NCBI GenBank assembly: GCA_035551535.1
Contig: DASZNG010000162.1
Coordinates: forward strand, 3,693-67,692
Length of the DNA: 64,000 nucleotides
Direction: 5' to 3'
Origin: Acidimicrobiales bacterium
GTDB taxonomy: Bacteria > Actinomycetota > Acidimicrobiia > Acidimicrobiales > RAAP-2
Below the pieces are notes generated by a model that was not told the origin of the DNA, did no database searches, and was given only the letters and a program-made list of their open reading frames with translations. Positions within the stretch are counted from its first letter, which is position 1; each line of letters starts with the position of its first letter. Both the position numbers and the translations under genes were made by a program. Of this stretch, positions 54,398 through 63,259 are shown piece after piece.

Positions 54398-55201
54398 GTG
54401 GATGGCGTCGACAGGAGCGGCAGCACCCACCGGGCGCGCGAGCTCTACGGCCAGGATCCGGCATCGTACAGTGCCGGGCGCCCCGACTACCCGCATCGGG
54501 TATACGACATCCTCGTCAATCGTTGCCATCTCCGGGAGGCCTCACGAGTCCTCGAAATCGGCCCCGGCACCGGCCAGGTCACAGCCAGGTTGCTGTCCCT
54601 CGGCGCCAGGGTGACGGCCGTCGAACCAAATGCCCCGATGGCCGAGTACCTGGAGGAGGCTCTGGGGGGAACGGCCCTCGACGTGGTTGTCGCCTCGTTC
54701 GAGGAGGCGCGGATCGCCGATCAACGTTTTGATCTGGCCGTTGCCGCCAATGCGTTCCAATGGGTCGACCGGGACATCGGTCCCCAAAAGCTACGGCGCC
54801 TGGTGGTCCCGGGAGGCTGGGTGGCCATCTGGGGAATGCTGTTCGACGACCCGACCCGCCGGGATGAGTTCAACACGTGGTTGGAGAGCCTGCTGGGCCC
54901 GCCGTTGGCCGCCGTCACCGACCCGGGTCGCCTGCAGATGCTCATCGACGAGGCGGAGCGGCTTCCCGAACTTCGACACGCTGGATTTCTTGATATCGAG
55001 AGCGAGCTGATCCGATCGGATGTGTCGATGAACGGCGAGCAGGTGCGGGCGCTCTACGCCTCGATGACGACCATCTTGCTCCGGCCTCCCTCGGAATGGC
55101 CACACCTCCTCGACTCGATAGAAGAAACCGTGCGGGACCAGTTTGGTGATCGGGTCGATCTGCATTTCGTGGTCGGCCTGTACACGGCCCGCAACCCATA
55201 G
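54398..55201 (+). CDS. Class I SAM-dependent methyltransferase
   Basis: VLEIGPGTGQVTARLLSLGARVTAVEPN motif I, and FDLAVAANAFQWV. Confidence 0.8.
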   Translation: MDGVDRSGSTHRARELYGQDPASYSAGRPDYPHRVYDILVNRCHLREASRVLEIGPGTGQVTARLLSLGARVTAVEPNAPMAEYLEEALGGTALDVVVASFEEARIADQRFDLAVAANAFQWVDRDIGPQKLRRLVVPGGWVAIWGMLFDDPTRRDEFNTWLESLLGPPLAAVTDPGRLQMLIDEAERLPELRHAGFLDIESELIRSDVSMNGEQVRALYASMTTILLRPPSEWPHLLDSIEETVRDQFGDRVDLHFVVGLYTARNP

Positions 55202-55219
55202 AAAGGCAGTCGGAGTCCA

Positions 55220-55693
55220 GTGCCCAAACGAAGTGCCGGGATACTCCCGTTCAGGGTCTCGTCCGATCAGAGCGTCGAGGTCCTGATCGTCCACCCCGGC
55301 GGACCGCTCTGGAAGAACAAGCAGGACCAGGCGTGGTCGGTCGTCAAGGGCGAATACGACCCGGATGAAGCCCCCGAACAGGCCGCAGAACGGGAGTTCT
55401 TCGAAGAGCTCGGCTTACCCGCCCCCAAAGGAGAACGCCTCGATCTTGGCGAAGTCCAACAGGCCGGAGGAAAGCGGGTCCGGGTCTGGGCAGTCGAAGT
55501 GGAGAATCTTCCCGTCGAAGACATCATCAGCAACCGATTCGAGATGGAGTGGCCACCCAATTCCGGTCAGCAGCAATCCTTTCCGGAAATCGACCGGGCC
55601 GACTGGGTACCAATCGAACTCGCTCGAGGGCGGCTGGTCACCGCCCAGGCGGAATTCCTCGATCGGCTTCTGGCGCTCCGCTTCCCCGGGTAG
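55220..55693 (+). CDS. NUDIX hydrolase
   Basis: Nudix-box-like KGEYDPDEAPEQAAEREFFEELGL (GX5EX7REUXEEXGU pattern). Confidence 0.8.
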   Translation: MPKRSAGILPFRVSSDQSVEVLIVHPGGPLWKNKQDQAWSVVKGEYDPDEAPEQAAEREFFEELGLPAPKGERLDLGEVQQAGGKRVRVWAVEVENLPVEDIISNRFEMEWPPNSGQQQSFPEIDRADWVPIELARGRLVTAQAEFLDRLLALRFPG

Positions 55694-55698
55694 GAGGA

Positions 55699-56154
55699 TC
55701 AGGAATACTGCCAGCGGTGAGCTGGCTCCTTGCCCGCCGGCCACTCCATGCACTGGACATCGAACCAGATCGGTAGCAGGTGCTTCAAATAGAAGGCATG
55801 CACGGTGATCGCGGGGCCGACGAGGTCCTCGTACTCCTTGATGCGAAGGCGATCGTCCTTCTCCTGGAATCGGCGGCACTCGGCGAGGACGGAGTCGACG
55901 TCGTCGCGGGTGTCCATGAGGAGTCCGAGGTGGTCGTAACCCGGTGACGACATCGGCTCCTTGCCCTCGGCGAGCAGGATGAATTGTCCCTCGTCCGGCC
56001 GGAGCAGATGACAGGACTGCCCGACCACCTCGGTGTCGAGAGCGTCCCAACCGAGCACGTCACAGTAGAAGGAGTCCACATCGTTCCGGAACTCCTGGGT
56101 CAGCGTTCCCAACGGGAACGAAAGCTCCATGTGGTTGAACCGCATCCTGGTCAT
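55699..56154 (-). CDS. VOC family protein
   Basis: ATG 56154. FNHMELSFP...FYCDVLGW..., YDHLGLLM. Confidence 0.65.
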   Translation of the reverse strand: MTRMRFNHMELSFPLGTLTQEFRNDVDSFYCDVLGWDALDTEVVGQSCHLLRPDEGQFILLAEGKEPMSSPGYDHLGLLMDTRDDVDSVLAECRRFQEKDDRLRIKEYEDLVGPAITVHAFYLKHLLPIWFDVQCMEWPAGKEPAHRWQYS

Positions 56155-56320
56155 CGCTTTGCTCCTTCCCGAGATCGGCCCGCCACTCGAACAGGGTGGG
56201 TCGGGCGAGGCCGAAGGTGAGACTGGCGGTACCCGGCAATGTTGGCACACCGCCGCATGACCAGTACGCCCTGTCGATCGCGGCCCGACCTCGGACGGTG
56301 ACCACCTCGGAAAGGTCAGG

Positions 56321-56896
56321 TCAGGTCAGGTCGGCCACCCATGGAGCGACGATGTCGGCTGCCTCGGCCTCCTGCTTCCGTAACGAGTGGTCCCCGTCCA
56401 CCAAGACCAGGGTGACCGGCCCGGGGATGGCCGCCGTCTCCTGTTCCAACTCGGCGGGGGCGGCAAAGGGGTCGCGCCGACCGGAAACGAAGAGGCAGGG
56501 CAGGTGCAGGTCGGGGAAATGGGCCGTACGGAGCCGGTCGGGACGCCCCGGCGGGTGGAGCGGGTAGCTGACCAGGACCAGCGCGGCGACATCCAGACCC
56601 TCGGCCACGGCCATCGAGCACATCCGACCCCCCATCGAGCGCCCACCGATGGCCAACCGGTTGGTCGGGACGCCGAGTCGATCGGCCAGCTCCGAGGCGG
56701 CGGTGCGCACTGTCTGGATGCACACCGCCGGTGGATCCGGGTGGCGCTTCCCGGCGGCCCGCCCCGGGAACTCGACCCGCTCGACCACGACGCCGAGACG
56801 GGTGACGGCCTGGTCGATCGCCACCAGCCCGGACTGGTCCCGTCCGGCGCTGGCGCCGGGCGTGAGCACGAGGCCAACCGGGCCCGATCTCTTCAT
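56321..56896 (-). CDS. Alpha/beta hydrolase (dienelactone-hydrolase-like / KANL3-Tex30 type)
   Basis: LAIGGRSMGGRMCSM nucleophile elbow, LFVSGRRDPF, GDHSL. Confidence 0.75.
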   Translation of the reverse strand: MKRSGPVGLVLTPGASAGRDQSGLVAIDQAVTRLGVVVERVEFPGRAAGKRHPDPPAVCIQTVRTAASELADRLGVPTNRLAIGGRSMGGRMCSMAVAEGLDVAALVLVSYPLHPPGRPDRLRTAHFPDLHLPCLFVSGRRDPFAAPAELEQETAAIPGPVTLVLVDGDHSLRKQEAEAADIVAPWVADLT

Positions 56897-57060
56897 CGCT
56901 CCATGATGGCCGTTCGGCTCGTCCCCGTCATCTTCGAACCCATCGAGTGCAGGAGCCGGGGCTCGAAGGCCGAAGGATTCTCAGGTCACATTGCCGTCAT
57001 CGGGTGGCAGCCGAAGCTCGGACAGCGGGATGTGTTGCTGGCCCGATAACGATCTCGCAC

Positions 57061-57121
57061 AACCTGCCGCGGGGGATCACCGGTCGCGTGCCGCGGCAGG
57101 TTTGCCGCCTCCACCAGGCGG
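57061..57121. other. Tandem hairpins: 12-bp perfect stem (AACCTGCCGCGG/CCGCGGCAGGTT, 18-nt loop) followed by a 6-bp stem (CCGCCT/AGGCGG)
   Basis: Read directly. Located in a 346-bp region between divergently oriented genes, so it is not a terminator for either annotated gene. Confidence 0.5.
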
Positions 57122-57242
57122 AGCCACGTCCGATTTGGCCTACCGGCACCGGCGATTCGGGCCGATCGCATATAGGATATTTCCGGGGAATTGGCGGGCC
57201 GACAGCTGAACTCAGCGACCGGCCTCGGCAAAAGGAGATGAT

Positions 57243-57644
57243 GTGGAGATCCTCGGATTCAATCGGGTGGAGCTGATGATGTCGGCGGAGGATATTCACG
57301 CCGCGGTCGATCGATTCAACGATCTGCTGGGCACCTCGTTCCCGTCACCGGATCTGGTGAGCGATGGAAATGTGCTGACCACCACGGATTGGGACAACCA
57401 TATCGAGCTCTACGGTCCCGCTCACTCCGAGAGTCCACAGTCGGCCATGCTGGCGAAGAAAGGAAGGGGTGGGATCGGCCCGCTGGTATGGGAAGTCGCC
57501 AACATTGACGAGGCGCGGGATTACGTGGTTGCCAAGGGCTACCGGATCAAGTTCGAGTATCACGAAGGTGGCGTGAGCCAGATCATCCTCGACCCCGACC
57601 AGTTCTTCGGCTACCTCATCACCTTCATGCAGCGTGGCACCTGA
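57243..57644 (+). CDS. VOC family protein
   Basis: GTG start 7 nt after AAGGAG. FNRVELMMSAEDIHAAVDRFNDLLG. 133 aa. Confidence 0.7.
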   Translation: MEILGFNRVELMMSAEDIHAAVDRFNDLLGTSFPSPDLVSDGNVLTTTDWDNHIELYGPAHSESPQSAMLAKKGRGGIGPLVWEVANIDEARDYVVAKGYRIKFEYHEGGVSQIILDPDQFFGYLITFMQRGT

Positions 57645-57696
57645 ACAAAAGGCATAGCTGGTTCTCCCCGTCGGACCGAGAGGAGCACGGGGGCCA

Positions 57697-58521
57697 TCAG
57701 CGGAAGAGCAGCATGTTGGCGATGGCGGTGGCCCCCGGGAAGGAGCCGGTGATACCGGAGCTCATGTACCCGGCGTCGGTGACCATGGTGATCCCGGTGA
57801 TGGCAGCGGCGGCGTCACTGCACAGGAAGACCAGCGGGTAGGCCTGCTCCAACGGAGTGGAAGGCTCGATCCCGAGCTCGCCGCGGTAGTCGGCGCCGAA
57901 CCCCAGCCACATGTCCTTGTTGGCCTGGGCCAGCGGGGTGTCGGTGGGGCCGGGGCAGATGGCGTTGATCCGGATCCCCTGCTTGAGGAAGGGAAACGCC
58001 TGGCTGGCGACGTACGCGCACATGAACTGCTTCGTCGACATGTAATCCGCCTTGCCGTGGGCTTCGACCCAAGCGACCGCACCGTCGAAATCGGGTATGG
58101 CCAGCAGCTCCTGGATCTCCGGGAGGTTGGCCTCCCATCCAAGGCCGGCCGCCGACGAGATGAACCCGATGGCCGATCCCCGCCCCAGCATGCCGGCGGC
58201 CATCAACTGGTCGATCATGTACCGGTGGCCGATGAAGTTGATCCGCTCGATGCCCGGGGTGCCGTCGGCCACCCCCGCGCAGGACATCAGCACGTCCACC
58301 TTGCCACCGCACTCACCGATAGCGGTGTCGATGGACGGCCGGTCGGCCAGATTGACGTGGATGGCCTTGGCCCCGGCCAAAGTGACCTCGGCGAAGTCCA
58401 TGACCACCACCTCGGCGCCGGCATCCTGGGCCAGCTGGGCGGCGGCCGCCCCCATGCCGGTGGCGCCACCTACCACCAGGACCCGCTTACCGTCGTAGCG
58501 GAAGGCGTCAAAGAGCGTCAT
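57697..58521 (-). CDS. SDR family oxidoreductase
   Basis: VLVVGGATGMGAAAA Rossmann motif. YMSTKQF (YxxxK). Confidence 0.8.
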   Translation of the reverse strand: MTLFDAFRYDGKRVLVVGGATGMGAAAAQLAQDAGAEVVVMDFAEVTLAGAKAIHVNLADRPSIDTAIGECGGKVDVLMSCAGVADGTPGIERINFIGHRYMIDQLMAAGMLGRGSAIGFISSAAGLGWEANLPEIQELLAIPDFDGAVAWVEAHGKADYMSTKQFMCAYVASQAFPFLKQGIRINAICPGPTDTPLAQANKDMWLGFGADYRGELGIEPSTPLEQAYPLVFLCSDAAAAITGITMVTDAGYMSSGITGSFPGATAIANMLLFR

Positions 58522-58671
58522 GGGATGTTCTCCTGTCTCGATCTCGATGGTGATCAGGTGGCTGTGCCGCGGATCTGGAGGTCAAAGCCGCTGTCGGCCA
58601 GGATACGCTCACCCCCGAGGCGGTGGGAACCAATGGTTCTGGCCCTCCAGCGACGGGGCCCACGAGCCCTT

Positions 58672-59643
58672 CTACGTGAACGCCGGCAGCACGTCACGCT
58701 CGAACAGGCGCAAGCTGGACCAGGCCAAATCCACCGGCATCCCTCCGCACATCGGATGGAAGAGTGCGAAGGGGAAGGGTGAACCCTCGTGCTCCTCGAC
58801 GAACTGCTCGGGCGTGAGTACCCGGTACTGACCGGTGGTGCGCAGTTCGTCGACGTCGGCAACGCTACGGAATGGGCTGGCAATGTCGTCTTCGGCCTGC
58901 CACCGGCCGTAGGCGTTGGTCTCGTGGAGGAAGAACGGCGCCATGCGCTCCCATCCCGTTTCCGGATCCTCGGCCAGGGCCACCACCTGGTTCTCCCCGA
59001 TCGGGCAGGGGCCGGGGTCTGGCCGGCCCAGCCTCTGGACTTCGTCCCGGTAGAACGTCCACACTTCCGGCTTTGACGGCATGAATCCGTCGGCTATGCG
59101 GGCGGCCCGCTCGGCCGCCTGTTTGCTGCTCCCGCCGAGCAAGATGGACGGGCCGTCAGGCCGGAAGGGTGCGGGTGTGAGGTGCACGGAACGTCCGCGG
59201 TACTCGAACGGCTCACCGGAAAAGGCCGCCTTGAGCAGATTGACCGTCTCGGTTACTCGCTTGCCCCGCTCGTTCATGGGCACGTCGAACATCGCGAACT
59301 CTTCGTGGACATATCCACCGGCAACGACGAGGTCGACTCGCCCCTTGCTCAAGATGTCGAGCACGATGAGATCCTCGGCCAGACGCAGCGGGTCGTGAAA
59401 CGGTGCGATCAGCGCCGCAATCATGAAGTGCACATTCGTCGTTCGAGCCGCCATCGCCGCGAGCATCGGGACGGGGCTCGGAAGGTAGCCGTCCAGCGAT
59501 CCATGATGCTCGGAAACGACGATGCTCGTACAGCCCAGGCCGTCGGCCCACTCCGCCATGTCGAGGGCTGCCGCGTAGCGGTCGGCCATGGCGGTGCCGG
59601 CAATGTCCGGGTTACGAAAGTCGAAGCGCAAGCCGAAAAACAT
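58672..59643 (-). CDS. LLM-class (luciferase-like) flavin-dependent oxidoreductase
   Basis: SIVVSEHHGS..., LAEDLIVLDILSKGRVDLVVAGGY are typical LLM blocks. Confidence 0.85.
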   Translation of the reverse strand: MFFGLRFDFRNPDIAGTAMADRYAAALDMAEWADGLGCTSIVVSEHHGSLDGYLPSPVPMLAAMAARTTNVHFMIAALIAPFHDPLRLAEDLIVLDILSKGRVDLVVAGGYVHEEFAMFDVPMNERGKRVTETVNLLKAAFSGEPFEYRGRSVHLTPAPFRPDGPSILLGGSSKQAAERAARIADGFMPSKPEVWTFYRDEVQRLGRPDPGPCPIGENQVVALAEDPETGWERMAPFFLHETNAYGRWQAEDDIASPFRSVADVDELRTTGQYRVLTPEQFVEEHEGSPFPFALFHPMCGGMPVDLAWSSLRLFERDVLPAFT

Positions 59644-60086
59644 CAGGGCTTCGGCAACAGAGTGCTCACGTACGCCTCCGGAAGGAGCTCGAGCAACTGA
59701 CCGTCCGGATCCCGAATGAAGACTGCGGCGCCGACATCGCTCTCCTCGATGATCTGCCCGCCGAACTCGACAGCCCGCTCGGCGGTGGCCCGTACGTCGT
59801 CCACTGAGATCGAGAGATGGGTGAGCCCGGGGTCACTCATCGTGCGGGCGCGGAACGGAGCGGTTGCCCCCGGCGCGGAATAGTGCATCAGCTCGAGGAC
59901 GAAGCCGTCGAGGGTCAGGTACGAGGCGGTGAGTCCGAGAGGTGGCGAAAGACCGCAGAGTTTGGCGGTCGGCTCGTCGGGCGGCGTGATCTCGTACCAG
60001 AACTTGAAACCGAGTACCTGCTGGTAGAACTGCTTGGAGCGTTCAAGGTCGGTGACGACCTGCCCAGTGTGGTTGTACGTGCCCAT
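59643..60086 (-). CDS. VOC family protein
   Basis: MGTYNHTGQVVTDLERSKQFYQQVLGF..., LTHLSISV, FIRDPDGQLLEL. ATG 60086. 1-nt overlap with the LLM gene start. Confidence 0.8.
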   Translation of the reverse strand: MGTYNHTGQVVTDLERSKQFYQQVLGFKFWYEITPPDEPTAKLCGLSPPLGLTASYLTLDGFVLELMHYSAPGATAPFRARTMSDPGLTHLSISVDDVRATAERAVEFGGQIIEESDVGAAVFIRDPDGQLLELLPEAYVSTLLPKP

Positions 60087-60138
60087 GCGCTGCCTCCGGT
60101 CCCGCATGCCTAGAAGCTACTTCGGAGGGTCGGCGCGC

Positions 60139-61116
60139 TCAGCGGTTCGGGTCCACCAACACCTTGCCGGTGGCCCGACGCTCGCTGAGGTCGGACAGGG
60201 CCCGACCCACTTGGTCCAGGGGATAGGTAGCCGATATATACGGAGCGGCTGCGCCGGTCCGGGTCAGCTCGGCCAGTTCGGCCAGGTCCCGCTCCCGGTC
60301 CCCGGCCTGGTGGCGAGCGAAGCCCTCCATGGTGAACCCGGTGACCCACACGCCCTTGAGCAGCACCAGATTCAGCGGGATACGGGGGATCTCCCCGGAG
60401 GCAAACCCCACGCTGACGAACCGACCACCCCAGGCGAGTGCCCGAAGCGCCGGTTCGGCCACCGACCCACCCACCGGGTCCACCACGACCTGGGCGCCGC
60501 CGCCGGTGATCTCCTTGATCCGCACCTTGAGGTCCTCGGTCCCGTAGTTCACCCCCGCTTCGGCCCCGCGTCCGAGGCACAGGGCGAGCTTCTCGGAGGA
60601 GGATGCCGCCGCCACCACCCGGGCTCCGAGGGCGGCGCCCAGTTCGACCGCGGCGAGGCCGACCCCGCCAGCGGCCCCGAGCACCACGGCCCACTCCCCC
60701 GGCTGGATCCGGGCCACGCTGCGGAGGGCGTGGTAGGCGGTGCAATGGGCAACGCCGGAGGCGGCGGCGGTGGCCAGATCCACGGCCGGGTCGACGGTCC
60801 GGAGCGAGCCGGCCGCCACCGAGATCTGTTGGGCAAACGCCCCGAACAGGGCCGAGCCCATCACCCGGTCCCCCACTGACAGACCGTCCACACCGTCCCC
60901 CAGGGCCCGGACGGTGCCGGCGAACTCGCTGCCCACCGTGAAGGGCACCGGGATGTTGATCTGGTACTTGTCCGCCACCACCAGGACGTCGGGAAAGTTG
61001 ACGGCCGCGGCAGCCACGTCAACCACCACCTGTCCCGCCGACGGGACCGGATCGGGCACCTCGACGACCACGACGGTCGACGGCGATCCGTAGGCAAGAC
61101 AGCGGGCGGCTCGCAT
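60139..61116 (-). CDS. NADPH:quinone oxidoreductase / zinc-type alcohol dehydrogenase-like (MDR) family
   Basis: VVVDVAAAAVNFPDVL, VVLGAAGGVGLAAVELGAALGARVVA. Confidence 0.85.
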   Translation of the reverse strand: MRAARCLAYGSPSTVVVVEVPDPVPSAGQVVVDVAAAAVNFPDVLVVADKYQINIPVPFTVGSEFAGTVRALGDGVDGLSVGDRVMGSALFGAFAQQISVAAGSLRTVDPAVDLATAAASGVAHCTAYHALRSVARIQPGEWAVVLGAAGGVGLAAVELGAALGARVVAAASSSEKLALCLGRGAEAGVNYGTEDLKVRIKEITGGGAQVVVDPVGGSVAEPALRALAWGGRFVSVGFASGEIPRIPLNLVLLKGVWVTGFTMEGFARHQAGDRERDLAELAELTRTGAAAPYISATYPLDQVGRALSDLSERRATGKVLVDPNR

Positions 61117-61126
61117 CGGTCGAAGG

Positions 61127-62428
61127 TTAGGAGTTGCCGACCACGTGTTCGATGTGGGCGGCCAGCTTCTCCCGCGCCGCCTCCCGCTGGGCGGGGAGAT
61201 GGGCGGTGGGCCACAGTCCGGGTGCCGGTTGGTAGTCCTTCAGGACCTCGCGGGCCACCGTCACCTTGTGGACCTCGGTCGGACCGTCCACCACGCTCAT
61301 GACCGGCGCCATCATCCACATGCTTCCGAACGGCATCTCATTGGAGACGCCCAGTGCCCCATGGGCGTGCATGGAGCGCCACACCGCGTCGTGCACGACC
61401 TTGGGGGTGAGCGCCTTGATGGCGGCGATATTCTTCCGGGTGCGCCGGTAGTCCTTGACCTGGTCGATCTCCCAGGCGGTGTACAACACCAGCAGCCGGA
61501 ACTGTTGCAGCTCGGCGTAGGAGTCGGCGATGTCCCCCTGGATGAACTGCTTCCGAGCCAGCAGGCTGCCCTGGGTCTCCCGGCTGAGCACCCGCTCACA
61601 CAGCAGGTCAAGGGCCCGTTGGCAGACGGCCACCGTGCGCATGGCATGGTGCACCCGACCGCCGCCGAGCCGGGTCTGGGCAATGGCGAAGGCCTGCCCC
61701 GCGCCGCCCAGCAGATTGTCGGCCGGGACCCTGACGTCGTCGTAGTGGATGAGGGCGTGCATTCCCTCGCCTTCCGGCTCGCCGGCCAGTCCCACCTGTC
61801 GGCTCATGATCACCCCAGGGGTGTCGGTCGGGACCAGGAACATCGACGCGCCCTGGTAAACGCTCACCTCGGGATCGGTGATGGCCATGACGATGAGGAA
61901 GGCAGCAGTGCGGGCGTTGGACGAGAAGAACTTCCACCCGTTGATGACCCACTCGTCGCCGTCTCGCACCGCGGCGGTGGTGAACTGCTGGGGGTCGGAG
62001 CCGGCCTGGGGCTCGGTCATCGAGTAACAGGAGAAGACCTCGCCGTTGAGCAGGGGGAGGAGGTACTTCTCCTTCTGGTCTTCGGTCCCGTAATGGGCGA
62101 TGATCTCCGCGTTGCCGGTGTCAGGCGCCTGAGTCCCGAACACGATCGGGGCCCATTGGGACACCCCGAGGATCTCGTTGAGCAGCGCCAGCTTGACCTG
62201 TCCGTACCCCTTGCCGCCGAGCTCGGGGCCCAGGTGGGCGCCCCACAGGTCGTGATCCCGGACCTCCTGTTTCATGGGATCGACGATGGGCCGGAGCTCA
62301 TCGTCCAAGGGATGGAATTGCCGGTGGGGGTAGAGGAGGTCGAGGGGCTCGACCTTGTCGCCGACGAACTGACGAGCCCAGTCCAGCTTCTCTTGGAACT
62401 CCGGTTCGGTGGAGAAATCCCAGGCCAT
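61127..62428 (-). CDS. Acyl-CoA dehydrogenase family protein
   Basis: 433 aa. CYSMTEPQAGSD, WKFFSSNA, FAIAQTRLGGGRVHHAMR, HGALG are typical ACAD blocks. Confidence 0.9.
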   Translation of the reverse strand: MAWDFSTEPEFQEKLDWARQFVGDKVEPLDLLYPHRQFHPLDDELRPIVDPMKQEVRDHDLWGAHLGPELGGKGYGQVKLALLNEILGVSQWAPIVFGTQAPDTGNAEIIAHYGTEDQKEKYLLPLLNGEVFSCYSMTEPQAGSDPQQFTTAAVRDGDEWVINGWKFFSSNARTAAFLIVMAITDPEVSVYQGASMFLVPTDTPGVIMSRQVGLAGEPEGEGMHALIHYDDVRVPADNLLGGAGQAFAIAQTRLGGGRVHHAMRTVAVCQRALDLLCERVLSRETQGSLLARKQFIQGDIADSYAELQQFRLLVLYTAWEIDQVKDYRRTRKNIAAIKALTPKVVHDAVWRSMHAHGALGVSNEMPFGSMWMMAPVMSVVDGPTEVHKVTVAREVLKDYQPAPGLWPTAHLPAQREAAREKLAAHIEHVVGNS

Positions 62429-62489
62429 TGTCTTCCCTTCTGAGGGTGCGGTCGCCCGTGGGCGGTGTTTGGGGGTCGGATGCTGCGAG

Positions 62490-63188
62490 CTAGCTCGGGG
62501 GCGCCTCCGGGTGGGCCGGCTTCGGCTCGTCGGTTGCCCCCACCGGTGACACCTCGCCCACCCCGAGGCCAGCCAGGAACTGCCCGTAGCAACGGGTGAT
62601 CTCCCGGCGGGCCGCTTCGGGGTCGTCGGCGTGGGCTACGTACATGGCGGCGGCTACCCCGAGGGCGGACAGCAGGTGGCCGAGCGGTTCCACGGGCTGT
62701 TGCTCGAGGACTCCCTCGTTCATGGCGTCCTGGAGGTACTGGAAGATCCGGTGGGTCGGTCCATCTCGCCGCTCGGACACCGCATTCCAACCCATCACCG
62801 CCGGCCCGTCGATAAGGACGATCTGCCGGTAGGCGCGATTGGTGGAGGCGGCGTCGAGATAGATCTCGCTGTTGGCCCGAAACAGGGTCCAGGCGGTGGC
62901 GCCACCGTCGCCCGAGCGTCGCCTGAGCAGCTGGGTAACCTCGCCGACGATCTCCTCGTGGACGGCGCGGAACAGGTCCTCCTTGTCGCGGAAGTGGTGA
63001 TAGAGCGCCCCCCGGGTCAAACCGGCCCGCTGCGCGATCTCCTCGGTCCGGGTGGCCTGGAAACCGTTGTCGGCGAATACCTGCCGAGCGGTATCGAGGA
63101 GCGCCCGCCGGGTGTCGCGAACATGGGCGGCCCGGAGGGACGGGGGGTCGCCGGCCACGGGGAGCCGGTCCGGGGGCACTTGATTCAT
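62490..63188 (-). CDS. TetR/AcrR family transcriptional regulator
   Basis: TRRALLDTARQVFADNGFQATRTEEIAQRAGLTRGALYHHFRDKEDLF. ATG 63188. Divergent from the SDR at 63260. Confidence 0.85.
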   Translation of the reverse strand: MNQVPPDRLPVAGDPPSLRAAHVRDTRRALLDTARQVFADNGFQATRTEEIAQRAGLTRGALYHHFRDKEDLFRAVHEEIVGEVTQLLRRRSGDGGATAWTLFRANSEIYLDAASTNRAYRQIVLIDGPAVMGWNAVSERRDGPTHRIFQYLQDAMNEGVLEQQPVEPLGHLLSALGVAAAMYVAHADDPEAARREITRCYGQFLAGLGVGEVSPVGATDEPKPAHPEAPPS

Positions 63189-63259
63189 CGTGTATCCAAC
63201 ATACATACTGTTTGGGCCCGGCGCTGGACGAGCCAACCTCGGGCCGGGGGAAGGCAGTC

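Noticed and set aside
56314-56333. (GGTCA)x3-GGTCG pentanucleotide microrepeat
   Set aside because: It is very short and overlaps the stop codon and 3' end of the hydrolase gene. I see no evidence of function and no other copies in the window.
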